Positions 28,818 through 38,604 of a DNA stretch of 64,000 nt are shown in pieces (the stretch's first letter is position 1; each line of letters opens with the position of its first letter). Both the position numbers and the translations under genes were made by a program. Origin of the DNA: an uncultured Dehalococcoidales bacterium (GTDB taxonomy: Bacteria > Chloroflexota > Dehalococcoidia > E44-bin15); NCBI GenBank assembly GCA_964428725.1, contig CAYRYW010000003.1:2465-66464 (forward strand), in the 5' to 3' direction. Below the pieces are notes generated by a model. The model made no database searches. It saw only the letters and a program-made list of their open reading frames with translations, and was not told the origin of the DNA.

Positions 28818-31800
28818 TTATGCGGGGGCCTTGGACACCGTCCTGCAGAACACCTCCACCAGTTCCGGGTCGAACTGGGTGCCGGCGCACCGGCGTAACT
28901 CCTCGATCGCTTCTTCGCGGGTCACTACTTCGCGGTACAGACGCTTCGTGGTCATCGTATCGTAGGCATCGGCTATGCTGATGATCCTTGCTTCCAGAGG
29001 TATCTCCTCGCCCTTGAGTCCGTCCGGGTAACCGCTACCATCGTACCATTCATGGTGGTGACGTATCATAGGTATGAGTACGGAAAGCTCTTTAACATAT
29101 CCGACTATCCTGGCGCCTTCCACTGGATGCTTCTTGATAATTTCGTACTCATCTCTGTCGAGCCTGCCGGGCTTGGTAAGGATGGCATCCGGAACGCCGA
29201 GCTTTCCTATGTCGTGCAGCAGGGCAGCGGCATACACATTTGCCAGCTTTCTGGCGGTTATGCCCGCCTCTCTGGCGACTGCCTCAGTGATGGTGGCCAC
29301 CCTGCTGGAGTGTCCATAGGTGTACGGGTCTCTGGCATCTACGGTGGCTGCCAGCGCATACACCTGGTCCCTTGTCGCCATGCTCAGCACCTCAGCCGAC
29401 AGGGTATCCAGGTGGGATACCGTAATGGTTTGATTGGCGCTTGTCCTCTTGGCGTGGTAAAGGGCAGCGTCCGCCAGGAATATCAGCCCGTCACTGGTCT
29501 CCGAGTTGTCGGGGAACTGGGCTATGCCGGCACTGAATCCAATCGGCCTTTCCTGGGAAAATTGTTTGGAAATGGGGGTCTTGAGCCATTTCCCTCTCAC
29601 CCGGTCCAGCACTGCAGCAGCCCTGTCGGACTCTGTGCCCGGAAAGATTACGGCAAATTCATCCCCGCCGTAGCGAAAAACCGTATCGCTTTTGCGCAGT
29701 GACGATTTCAGTATCTGGGCGATGGATCGCAGCACGGCATCGCCGCTGGTATGGCCGAACTGGTCGTTATACTCCTTGAACCCGTCGAGGTCCAGCATGG
29801 CTATGGAGAAGCATTTGCCGTAGCGCCTCATGCGGTGCATCTCGGTCTCAAGCTCATCGTAGAAGTGGCGGCGGTTGTACACGCCGGTGAGCTCATCGGT
29901 AACCGATAGCTCCCTTGTCCTTTGCATCAGTTCTGCATTCTCGATGCCGACTGCTATCTCGCTGGATGTTGCGCTGAGGAGACTCCTGTCGTCGTAGTCG
30001 AAATCACGCCGACTGTCAGTGGATACTGCGATTATGCCGCGCACTTCCCCCTTTATCACGATGGGGTTATCGATAAACCTTCTCTTTAGGCCTTTCGATG
30101 ATTCTATTTTAGTGTAGCCTGAGAGTGCCTCCCATTGATCTTCACTCGTCAGTTTGTGCAGCACACTCTGGAATTCAGAATCGGTCAATTTGATGGTTGA
30201 GAATTGCTCCTGGTATTCCCGGGACATCCCTACATGTGCTTCAAGCACAAGCTCCTGTCTTTCCATATCCAACAGGTAGATGTAACCCCGCTCTGTGCCC
30301 ATGACATCGCATACCTTTCTGATAGCGCTGTTCAGCATCTCGGATAAGTCCAATGACTGGCTCACTGCCTGTGCCACAGCATACAGCGCCCCCGTACGCT
30401 CGGCGTTACGCTTGATTTCTTCCTGTACGCGCTTGCGATCAGTGATGTCTCTGGTGATTACCGCCATGCCTATGGGCTCTCCGTTGGCATCGCGCAGCAC
30501 GGTAACCTTGCCCTCGCCCTCGGCGGTGCTACCATCCCTTCTCAGTATCTTATATTCCAGGGAAGCGCTGCGTCCTTCCCCCAGCGCCTGCATTATGGCT
30601 TCTATGGCGCCGGCACGGGATTCACTGGTGATGAGGTCGAGGCCTTTAAGCCCGATCATCTGCTCTTTGCTGTCGTAACCATGCAGGCGGGCCGTTGCCT
30701 CGTTGACTTCAATGATGGTTCCTGTGAGGTCGGTAATGACGATGCCATCGTCGATGGAGGCGAACGCAATCTGCAATTTTCGCTCCATTTCCTGAAATGC
30801 CTTCTGCGTCTGCTTCTCCACAGTGACGTCCCTGAATGAGACCAGTCCCGCCGGCTTTCCCTGATAGTCGATCACCGCCCCGACGGCGCTTATCCATTTC
30901 TCCTCGCCGTCCTTCGTCAGCGTGCGGAACTCGTTTGCCTGCCGCAGATCCTTCAGGAACATATCCTCTATCATGATACGGCGAACCTGTTCCCTGTCGC
31001 TTGCTGGAACGAAGTCGAGCGGGTCCAGGCCTATCGTCTGTTCCGGCGAATCGAACCTATAGATCTGCGCGGCGCGCCTGTTGCACAGCGCTATCTTCAT
31101 CGTTTCAGCATCGATAACGAAGACCCCGTCGATGCTGCCTTCGAACAGGTCCCTGTATCTCTCCTCGCTCTCGCGCAGTATCACATCTGCCAGCTTGGAG
31201 TCGGTGATGTCAGCGGCATAAACCTGGATACCGATGGCCTCATCGCCCGTCTTTAGCAGGGAGCTTCTGACTCTGATCCATCGCCGCTCACCATCCCTCC
31301 TGATTATCTCAAGGTCAAAGGGTTCGACCTTACCCCCACTCATAATTTTTTTGAACTGTTGCGCTAATTCGGGCTTGTCCCTCGCATCCAACGTCATAAG
31401 CTCGTCAAGGCGCTTCCCGATTATTTGAGCCCTGTCGTATCCTGTCAATTCCTCAGTGCTCTGGTTGCAATCGATAACCTTTCCTGTTAGGTCGATAACC
31501 GAAACGGAGATCGGCGCCTCATCGAATAGACTTCGATATCTCTCCTCGCTCACTGCTAATGCTTGCTCCGCTCGCTTGCGCTCGGTGATGTCGCGGGCTA
31601 TGCCCAGCTCGCCGATGACCTGACCGCCTGCCAAGATCGGGCTGCTGGTGAATTCACCGAATATGTAATCCCCCGACTTGGACTGAATCCGCATCTCGTA
31701 GGGCGGCGGATGTTCGCCACGGAGGGAGATTTCGAATGACTGCATGGCCCCGAGCAGGTCATCGGGGTGAACGATTCCAGCGAAGGACTTACCTATCCAT

Positions 31801-34800
31801 TCGTCACGAGACCAGCCGGTGACCTTATCAAAGGCCGGGTTCAACGAGGATATGGTGCCATCCGTCGCCAGTGTGTAGATCACGTCCGGCGCCATTTCGA
31901 TGAGTCCCCGGTATCTTTCCTCGCTCTCACGCAGGGCGTCCCTCGCGCGCTTGCGCTCGATTGCCCCTCCCAGACGATCTGAGACAGCGTTAATCAAATC
32001 CCACTCCTCCTTCAGGAAAGGCCCTTCATCGCCTGCCGACATCTCTTCCGTGTAGTACACCTCTACAGTGCCGACAGGCTCACCTCGAACGCGGATATCG
32101 CTGGACAGCTTCCACGGGGTTTCCCTGAAGTTACCCGTCCTGTACTCGGTCCCCTCGGAGAAGATACGGGCGCATACGCTGTCCGGGTGCTGAAATGCAG
32201 ACACGATAGCTTCAAGGATGTCATTGAACAGCTGTTCGGGTGTATCGTACTTGTGCGCCAGGACGGTGGATATCCCGTAGAGGCAATTCAGCTCTCTTAC
32301 ACGCTCATCGAGATCATGTATGAGATGTTCCCTCTCCATCTCCGCCAGTTTTCGTTCGGTTATATCCTGCACCGTCCCGAATAACTTAACAACGCGCCCG
32401 CTCTCGTCTCTGATCGGATGCATCGAGGCCGAGAATGAAGCTATTCTCCCACCCGGCAACTTCGCCTGCAGGTCGTACTCCAATTCTTCCCCGGTTTCCA
32501 TCGCCCGCCGCACGTATTCCCGCAGTATCGCCGCCTGCTCTTCGGAATAGTAGGTCGCCTCTTCCTCCGGCGTGGGTGGACCGAGTGACGGGTCTCGCTC
32601 GTATAGTTTATACACTTCGTCAGACCATTCGATCGTCCCGCGATCAACATCGAATTCCCAGTTGCCGATTCGCCCCAGCGCCTGTGCCTCCTTCAGCCTT
32701 CGCTCGCTCTCGCGCAGCGCCTCATCAGCCAGTTTGCGTTCGGTGATATCACGTATAATCGTGATAATCCCCACTGGCTTCCCTGAGGCATCGCGCAATA
32801 GAGCGGGGCGTAATTCACAATCGAACAGTTCACCATCCGCCTTTTTGAATTTATATTCGATCCCCTGTTCACTCGTGCCTTCTTTGATCATTTCCAGCGA
32901 ATCTTTGACCAATCTCTCCCGGTCTACATACGACACGAGCTCAAACGCATCTTTGTCCAGCAATTCGTCCTTGCTGTGCCGCGTTATACTGCACAGCGCA
33001 TCGTTCATGCTGATGATCTCTCCTTCCATATCAGTTACGATCACGCCATCCACCATAGATGCGAATATCAGGCGCAGTTTCTCCTCATTCTCGCGGATTG
33101 CCTCCTCCGCCAGTTTGCGCTCGGTGACGCTCGATATGATCCTCGAGATTGCGAGGAGAAGGTCAACATCTTCAGTGGGCCAGTCGCGATGCTGGCGGCA
33201 CTCGTCAAACCCGATGAAGCCATGATAATGTCCACCGACAAAAAGTGGGACCACCAGGATTGAACGGACTCCCTGGGGCCGCAGGATCTCCTTTGCCCCT
33301 TCATCCGGGATGTCCTCTATGTCTCGGAAACAGATATTCTGTCCCTTCCGGAGTGTTTCCACCCACCATGGAGCGTTGCTGACTGGTATCCCCTGCAGGC
33401 CCTGTTTTTGAGGGAGGATGCCTTCGGCGCACCACTCCTGAGTGTTGACCATGGTATCTGTCTCAGGGTGATGCTCAAAGAGGTAAGCGCGGCTTACTGC
33501 CATTGTCTGTCCCATGGCGGCGATGCATGTGTCCTGGAACTGCTGCAGGTCCTCCGCGTCTACCGCCAGCGAGGAGATGCGGGAAAGCAGTTGTTCGTAT
33601 CCCAGCCTTCTCTGTATGGTCTCCTGCGCCAGCTTTTGCTCGGTGATGTCAGTTAAGATGCCACGTGTGCCGATAACCAGTTCCCCTTCGTATATTGGCC
33701 GGTTGGAGGCGCGTATCCAGTGGATCGCACCTGACTTCGCGATAACCCGATATTCGCCTATAGTTGACTCTCCGGAGAGGACCCTCTGGTGGCTTTCAGC
33801 AGCAGTTCTCAGATCATCTGGGTGAATGTACCCGGCAAAGTTCTGCCCGATTATTTCCGCAGGCGTGTATCCTATCAGCGATTCCACAGCCGGGCTAATA
33901 TATGTGAATGTTCCATCTGTATCGATGGTGTAAAGAACGTCGTTTATGTTCTCTACGAGGTCGCGGTATTTCTCCTCGCTGGCTCTGAGCGCCTCCTGCG
34001 CCCGCTTCTGCTCCGTGATGTCCCGCATGGCGCCGATGTAGCCGGTCGCGTTGCCTGAAGCATCGTGCAGCATGGCTATGCTGAACTCACCATCCAACTC
34101 CGTACCGTCTGCAGTCAGCATGGGGAGCTGAATACGGTTGATGAATATACTGCCTTCTGCCGCCTTCGCCATGAGCTTTGCTGCTCTATCACGGTCCCTT
34201 GTGGCGACGAAATTGAGCGCGCTTTTTCCTATGAGGTTCTCTTTACTGTAGCCTGTTATGCGGAGGGTAGCCTCATTTACCTCCAGGACATTGCCGCTCA
34301 GGTCCACCACTATCAGCCCCTCGGTGGTGGAGTCGAAGATGGTCTGCAGCTTTTCCGCTGTCTCCCGCAGCGCATTCTCAGCCTCCCAGCGGTCGGTATC
34401 ATCACGGATGTTCATGATGAAGCCTTCAATGGATGGATGGTCTAAGAGATTCTTCCCCAGTCCATCGAAGAAGCGCACCGAGCCGTCTTTGTGCAGTATG
34501 CGGAATGCATTGGGGATCGCTGTATCTTTGGTCAGGATAGCTTTGCCGAAATCGACAATAGCGCGTGGGATATCATCCGGGTGGATAAACTCAAAACCGC
34601 TTCTACCCATTATTTCTTCAGGCTTGTATCCAGTAAAACGCTGGATGGAAGGGCTGCAGTATGTAATGATTCCATCTTTGTCAGTGACGATTATGATATC
34701 AGAAGAGTTCTCGGTAATTTCCTTGAAATACTCTTCGCTCTCTCGCAGCGCCTCTTCCATCTTAGTGCTCTCGGTAATGTCCTTAACAGTGCCAATCATC

Positions 34801-35579
34801 TTATACGCTTTCCCATCCTTATCAAGAAGCGCTGTCCCCCTATCTGCCCAGAAAGCGATACTGCCGTCTTTCTTGGTAACTCGATATGTGACGTCATAAG
34901 GAGTTTGATCTAAAATGTGTTTATCAAGCAAAGCCATAACCCTATCGTGGTCTTCCGGATGAATGATATTTGCCCATGCGTCGATCGTTCTGGGGAATTT
35001 ACCCTGTGGGTATCCCAATAACGAGTCAATGTCGCCAAACCAATCCAGGGAAGCCTTCTCGATGTTCCATTCCCAGATACAGTCGCTTGTGCTTGATGCA
35101 GCTACGTGGAAGCGTTCCTCGCTCTCCCGCAGCGTCTCCTCTGCTTCTGCCAGCCTCCTCTCCGTGTCCAGTTCCTGTAATACGCGCTCCACCGCCTGCG
35201 GCAGCCGGTCGAGGAAGGTGGCATCCTTCACCAGATAATCGCGCGCGCCGAGCTTCATCAGCTCTACCGCTATCTTCTCATCCCCCAGCCCGGTGGTTAC
35301 GATGAAGGGGATTGTATGTTTCTGTTCGGCTAAGGTTTCGATAACACTGATGCCGGTCATATCGGGCAGGCGGTAGTCCAGCAGAGCCAGGTCGAAACGG
35401 CCACCAGCCACGCGGTCTATGGCATCGGCGCCGGTGAGCGCTATCTCCACCCCGAGGCCGAGGCGGCGGAGGTTTCTGTGGAGCAGCTTGGACAGAGCCT
35501 GATCGTCCTCTATGATCATAACTGTTTGGGACTGCTGCGGCTCGCCCGTGCTGCTATTTCTTAGTTTCTTCTTCTCCAT
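28818..35579 (-). CDS. Giant multidomain response regulator: REC - 4xPAS - GAF - 2xPAS - GAF-like - 4xPAS - GAF - GGDEF - HD-GYP (2253 aa)
   Basis: REC with acceptor Asp in LALLDYRLPDM. Ten roughly 125-aa PAS units each begin with an LRESEE(R/K)(Y/F)-type linker and end in DIT(E/D)RK. GGDEF domain RYGGDEF has an RKSD I-site 5 residues upstream. HD-GYP domain has HDIGK ... HHHEWYDGSGYP. Confidence 0.9.
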   Translation of the reverse strand: MEKKKLRNSSTGEPQQSQTVMIIEDDQALSKLLHRNLRRLGLGVEIALTGADAIDRVAGGRFDLALLDYRLPDMTGISVIETLAEQKHTIPFIVTTGLGDEKIAVELMKLGARDYLVKDATFLDRLPQAVERVLQELDTERRLAEAEETLRESEERFHVAASSTSDCIWEWNIEKASLDWFGDIDSLLGYPQGKFPRTIDAWANIIHPEDHDRVMALLDKHILDQTPYDVTYRVTKKDGSIAFWADRGTALLDKDGKAYKMIGTVKDITESTKMEEALRESEEYFKEITENSSDIIIVTDKDGIITYCSPSIQRFTGYKPEEIMGRSGFEFIHPDDIPRAIVDFGKAILTKDTAIPNAFRILHKDGSVRFFDGLGKNLLDHPSIEGFIMNIRDDTDRWEAENALRETAEKLQTIFDSTTEGLIVVDLSGNVLEVNEATLRITGYSKENLIGKSALNFVATRDRDRAAKLMAKAAEGSIFINRIQLPMLTADGTELDGEFSIAMLHDASGNATGYIGAMRDITEQKRAQEALRASEEKYRDLVENINDVLYTIDTDGTFTYISPAVESLIGYTPAEIIGQNFAGYIHPDDLRTAAESHQRVLSGESTIGEYRVIAKSGAIHWIRASNRPIYEGELVIGTRGILTDITEQKLAQETIQRRLGYEQLLSRISSLAVDAEDLQQFQDTCIAAMGQTMAVSRAYLFEHHPETDTMVNTQEWCAEGILPQKQGLQGIPVSNAPWWVETLRKGQNICFRDIEDIPDEGAKEILRPQGVRSILVVPLFVGGHYHGFIGFDECRQHRDWPTEDVDLLLAISRIISSVTERKLAEEAIRENEEKLRLIFASMVDGVIVTDMEGEIISMNDALCSITRHSKDELLDKDAFELVSYVDRERLVKDSLEMIKEGTSEQGIEYKFKKADGELFDCELRPALLRDASGKPVGIITIIRDITERKLADEALRESERRLKEAQALGRIGNWEFDVDRGTIEWSDEVYKLYERDPSLGPPTPEEEATYYSEEQAAILREYVRRAMETGEELEYDLQAKLPGGRIASFSASMHPIRDESGRVVKLFGTVQDITERKLAEMEREHLIHDLDERVRELNCLYGISTVLAHKYDTPEQLFNDILEAIVSAFQHPDSVCARIFSEGTEYRTGNFRETPWKLSSDIRVRGEPVGTVEVYYTEEMSAGDEGPFLKEEWDLINAVSDRLGGAIERKRARDALRESEERYRGLIEMAPDVIYTLATDGTISSLNPAFDKVTGWSRDEWIGKSFAGIVHPDDLLGAMQSFEISLRGEHPPPYEMRIQSKSGDYIFGEFTSSPILAGGQVIGELGIARDITERKRAEQALAVSEERYRSLFDEAPISVSVIDLTGKVIDCNQSTEELTGYDRAQIIGKRLDELMTLDARDKPELAQQFKKIMSGGKVEPFDLEIIRRDGERRWIRVRSSLLKTGDEAIGIQVYAADITDSKLADVILRESEERYRDLFEGSIDGVFVIDAETMKIALCNRRAAQIYRFDSPEQTIGLDPLDFVPASDREQVRRIMIEDMFLKDLRQANEFRTLTKDGEEKWISAVGAVIDYQGKPAGLVSFRDVTVEKQTQKAFQEMERKLQIAFASIDDGIVITDLTGTIIEVNEATARLHGYDSKEQMIGLKGLDLITSESRAGAIEAIMQALGEGRSASLEYKILRRDGSTAEGEGKVTVLRDANGEPIGMAVITRDITDRKRVQEEIKRNAERTGALYAVAQAVSQSLDLSEMLNSAIRKVCDVMGTERGYIYLLDMERQELVLEAHVGMSREYQEQFSTIKLTDSEFQSVLHKLTSEDQWEALSGYTKIESSKGLKRRFIDNPIVIKGEVRGIIAVSTDSRRDFDYDDRSLLSATSSEIAVGIENAELMQRTRELSVTDELTGVYNRRHFYDELETEMHRMRRYGKCFSIAMLDLDGFKEYNDQFGHTSGDAVLRSIAQILKSSLRKSDTVFRYGGDEFAVIFPGTESDRAAAVLDRVRGKWLKTPISKQFSQERPIGFSAGIAQFPDNSETSDGLIFLADAALYHAKRTSANQTITVSHLDTLSAEVLSMATRDQVYALAATVDARDPYTYGHSSRVATITEAVAREAGITARKLANVYAAALLHDIGKLGVPDAILTKPGRLDRDEYEIIKKHPVEGARIVGYVKELSVLIPMIRHHHEWYDGSGYPDGLKGEEIPLEARIISIADAYDTMTTKRLYREVVTREEAIEELRRCAGTQFDPELVEVFCRTVSKAPA

Positions 35580-36033
35580 GGGCGGTTTCCCCGTATATCT
35601 TCGGTACCTTCACTACAAGCAGATAGAGGCCTAGTTTCTTGATAACCTCTATGAACTTCTCGTAGTCGAAAGGCTTGGTAATGTAAGAGCTGCAGCCCAG
35701 CTTATAGCACTGATCAACTTCACGCGGATCGTCCGTAGTCGTGATTATGATTACGGGCAGTTTGCGCAGTTCTTCATCCTTCTTTAGCTGTCTCAGGACC
35801 TCGATGCCATCAACCCTGGGCATGCGGATATCCAGCAATAGAAGATACTGAGTGCCTCGCAAGCGATGTGGTGCATCTCCCCTGTACATCAGGAAATCTA
35901 GTATTTCACTGCCGTCTTTGAAAGCGATTATGGGGTTAGCCAGGCCGGCGCGCTTCAGATTCTTAGTGATGAGAGCCGTGTGCCCCTCATTGTCCTCGGC
36001 GATAAGTATCACCACTCCTTCGCTATCAGCCAT
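35554..36033 (-). CDS. Single-domain response regulator (CheY-like receiver)
   Basis: VILIAEDNEGH...LLLLDIRMP..DG...L......P.I..T...D......G..SYI.KP. Preferred start is ATG 36033 (AAGGAG 7 nt upstream; the ORF-track start is 36051). The 3' end overlaps the giant gene start by 26 nt. Confidence 0.85.
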   Translation of the reverse strand: MADSEGVVILIAEDNEGHTALITKNLKRAGLANPIIAFKDGSEILDFLMYRGDAPHRLRGTQYLLLLDIRMPRVDGIEVLRQLKKDEELRKLPVIIITTTDDPREVDQCYKLGCSSYITKPFDYEKFIEVIKKLGLYLLVVKVPKIYGETAHGEEETKK

Positions 36034-36057
36034 CTTCATGCTCCTTTTCATGATTTC

Positions 36058-37296
36058 CTAAGCGGCGGGCAGGGACACGAAGAACCTGCACCCTTTACCC
36101 GGTTCAGAATGAAGCCATATCCTCCCATTGTGGCGATCGACAATCATTCTCACTATAGTGAGTCCCAATCCTTCTCCGCTGCCGGCAGTGGGGTTGAGGC
36201 GCTCGAATATCTCGAATATCTTCTCATGATACTCCGGCGCAATGCCGATGCCGTTATCCTCCACGCAATAGACGGCTTGTTTATCTTCTTTCGTGCCGTT
36301 GATCTTGATTATGCCTGGCCTGTTGGAGTCAAGGAATTTGAGCGCGTTATCAATAAGGTTGGAGAAGAGCTGGTTTATCCGCGTCTCGTTCCCCAGGCAT
36401 GGGGGCAAGTCCACTACCTCCAGCTTTACGCCCTTCTCTCTAATACTGTATTCGAAGGTGTGGATCACGCTCTCCATAAGCTTGTTCATATTAAGGCGTT
36501 TGGTATCGAGTTCATCGCGTCCCAACCGGGAAAGCTGCAGCAGCCCTTCCAGCAGCGAGTTTATCTTGTATGCGCTGGCGTGTATGTATTGGAGTGCGCT
36601 AGGGATATCCTCATTCAGAGGCGCGGAGAGCTGTTCACGTACTGTGTTGGGGATGTCTTCGATCTTAAGCACTGATTGCATTTGTTCTACGGATTGACCC
36701 ATCTCTCTGGCGAAGCCCTCGATGTTGACCAGCGGCGACCTCAGGTCGTGTGAGGCAGCATACAGTACCTGTTCCAGCTCTTTCGTTTTCTCTTCCAGCG
36801 ATTTAAGCAGGCGCTCGCGCTCCTCCTCAGCCTGCTTGCGCTCGGTGATATCGCGCTCGGTGGAGACGATTCCGATTGGTTTTCCGTCGTCCACCAGTTT
36901 CGTCACCGTCAGCCACACATCAAGAATGCGCCCGTCTTTGGTCACCCGCTGTGTCTCAAACGACGTTACCGCTTCGCCCGCTATCAGACGGCGGGTAAAC
37001 TCCTTTTGCTCTGACACCTTGTCCGGAGGCGAAAGTTGATCAATGTTCATCCCAAGCGCTTCCGCCTCGCTATAGCCAAACATCAGTTCAGCGCCGCGGT
37101 TCCAGGTGGTGATCCGGCCATCAATGTCCTGTATGATAATCGCATCGTTCGAGTCTCTGACCACCGTCGCCAGGCGTCTTGAAGTCTCCTCCGCCCGATT
37201 GCGCTCGGCGGTGTCCTCTTTTGGCCTGGCTGCACTCTGTTTCACATTTTGCAGCTCGGCGCCGAGTGTCCGTTTCGCTTTTGCCTTTTCCTTCAT
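36058..37296 (-). CDS. PAS-domain sensor histidine kinase (cytoplasmic)
   Basis: One PAS (DAIIIQDIDGRITTWNRGAE..FGY), coiled coil, H-box ASHDLRSPL, N-box and G1/G2 blocks (VEDNGIGI, GSGEGLGL). No TM segments. Confidence 0.9.
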   Translation of the reverse strand: MKEKAKAKRTLGAELQNVKQSAARPKEDTAERNRAEETSRRLATVVRDSNDAIIIQDIDGRITTWNRGAELMFGYSEAEALGMNIDQLSPPDKVSEQKEFTRRLIAGEAVTSFETQRVTKDGRILDVWLTVTKLVDDGKPIGIVSTERDITERKQAEEERERLLKSLEEKTKELEQVLYAASHDLRSPLVNIEGFAREMGQSVEQMQSVLKIEDIPNTVREQLSAPLNEDIPSALQYIHASAYKINSLLEGLLQLSRLGRDELDTKRLNMNKLMESVIHTFEYSIREKGVKLEVVDLPPCLGNETRINQLFSNLIDNALKFLDSNRPGIIKINGTKEDKQAVYCVEDNGIGIAPEYHEKIFEIFERLNPTAGSGEGLGLTIVRMIVDRHNGRIWLHSEPGKGCRFFVSLPAA

Positions 37297-37306
37297 CTCA
37301 CGAACA

Positions 37307-37510
37307 CTACCGGTTGATCCTACCCGCCTCGTTCATTATCCTGTCGATATCCTTCAGCGTAAAAAGCCGCCAGCCGCGCCTGTCCTTGTGCGCCACATCC
37401 TCGATGACGCCTTCGCTGAGCCAGCGGAAAAAGGTAGCTTTGCTTATACCCGCCTTGCGGCAGGCTTCCGACGTTCGGTAATAGGTCTGACCGTTAAGTT
37501 TTACTGTCAT
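37307..37510 (-). CDS. Small MerR/excisionase-type helix-turn-helix DNA-binding protein (67 aa)
   Basis: YYRTSEACRKAGISKATFFRWLSEG.I pattern. 10 nt upstream of the kinase gene. Confidence 0.65.
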   Translation of the reverse strand: MTVKLNGQTYYRTSEACRKAGISKATFFRWLSEGVIEDVAHKDRRGWRLFTLKDIDRIMNEAGRINR

Positions 37511-37707
37511 CTTTCACCGCTCTTGAGAATACTTGAGACGACTTACATGGATGATAATATAACCATACAAATAGTTGAGTGGGGGTACTTATGTACACAA
37601 CCTGTCTGTCGTGCGTTATCGCCCGGTGTTCTGTAGTTTTGAGTCACCACCTTTCGGCGGTTTTAGCTTTTTATATATTTATCGAAAATATATAGTTAGA
37701 GTGGTGT

Positions 37708-37736
37708 ATATTATCACTGCAGAATCTGTATGTCAA
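37708..37736 (-). promoter_or_regulatory. Sigma70-type promoter for the HTH-kinase-REC-giant RR unit
   Basis: Minus strand reads TTGACA (37736-37731), a 17-nt spacer, then TAATAT (37713-37708). This predicts a roughly 190-nt leader before ATG 37510. Confidence 0.5.
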
Positions 37737-37751
37737 GTGCCCTGAACAGGC

Positions 37752-38450
37752 CTAGTCTTCATCTTCCCCGGAGGCACCGCAGGCCCGGCAGAACGCCTCC
37801 ACCAGCACAGGGTCGAACTGCTTCTCTGAGCACCACCTCAGCTCCTCAAGCGCATCCTCCTGTGACAGCACCTCACGATAGCCACGCGGCGTGGTCATGG
37901 TATCGTAGGCGTCGGCTATGCACAGTACCCTGGCGCCGAGGGGTATGGCCTCGCCTTTCAGTCCGTCGGGGTACCCCGTGCCGTCGTACCGCTCGTGGTG
38001 GTGCCGTATCAGGGGCACCAGCGGCGACAGTTCCTTCACGAAACCGACTATCCGTGCCCCTTCAGCAGCATGTGTCTGCATTATCTTCCACTCTTCGCCC
38101 GATAGATTATCGGGCTTGGTCAAGATGGCATCGGGTACGCCTACCTTGCCGATGTCGTGCAGCAGGGCGGCGTCGCGTAAATCGGACAGCTGTTTCTCGG
38201 AAAGGCCTGCGGCTTCGCCGATCGTCTCCGCTATCTCGGCAACACCCTTCGAGTGGGTGAGGGTATACGGGTCTTTGGCATCCACCGTTGCCGCCAGGGC
38301 GATTATCTGGTTCCGGGTCGCGGTGGCCAGCACCTCCGCCGGTATCATCTCCACATGACCGGCGACAGCCGAATCCACCTCGGCGACACGCCTGCGCATC
38401 TCCACCAGCTCAGCTATAAGTTGCTCTTTGGTCTTATCCTCATCTTTCAT
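37752..38450 (-). CDS. Stand-alone HD-GYP domain protein (c-di-GMP phosphodiesterase family) with N-terminal coiled coil
   Basis: HDIGKVGVPDAILTKP ... RHHHERYDGTGYPDGLKGE.IP ... ADAYD.M. Aligns nearly colinearly with the C-terminal 200 aa of the giant protein. Confidence 0.88.
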   Translation of the reverse strand: MKDEDKTKEQLIAELVEMRRRVAEVDSAVAGHVEMIPAEVLATATRNQIIALAATVDAKDPYTLTHSKGVAEIAETIGEAAGLSEKQLSDLRDAALLHDIGKVGVPDAILTKPDNLSGEEWKIMQTHAAEGARIVGFVKELSPLVPLIRHHHERYDGTGYPDGLKGEAIPLGARVLCIADAYDTMTTPRGYREVLSQEDALEELRWCSEKQFDPVLVEAFCRACGASGEDED

Positions 38451-38604
38451 TTAATGGGCTACCTTTCATGAAATTGATGATTGCTCTGGGATATCCACTT
38501 CTTTAACGGATGTAGCTCTTCTTTTACTACTTATTCTGTGACATGTCAAGCCCGCGTTCCATTCATTTGTGCATTCATCACCCGTTATGTTTAAACTCCT
38601 AGTG

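Noticed and set aside
37511-37707. Possible c-di-GMP-II or other riboswitch in the HTH gene leader (contains CCGAAAGG and ACGCAC strings)
   Set aside because: It has only short fragments resembling riboswitch motifs. The order and pairing do not reproduce either c-di-GMP class as far as I can judge from memory. It is kept only as a low-interest structured leader.
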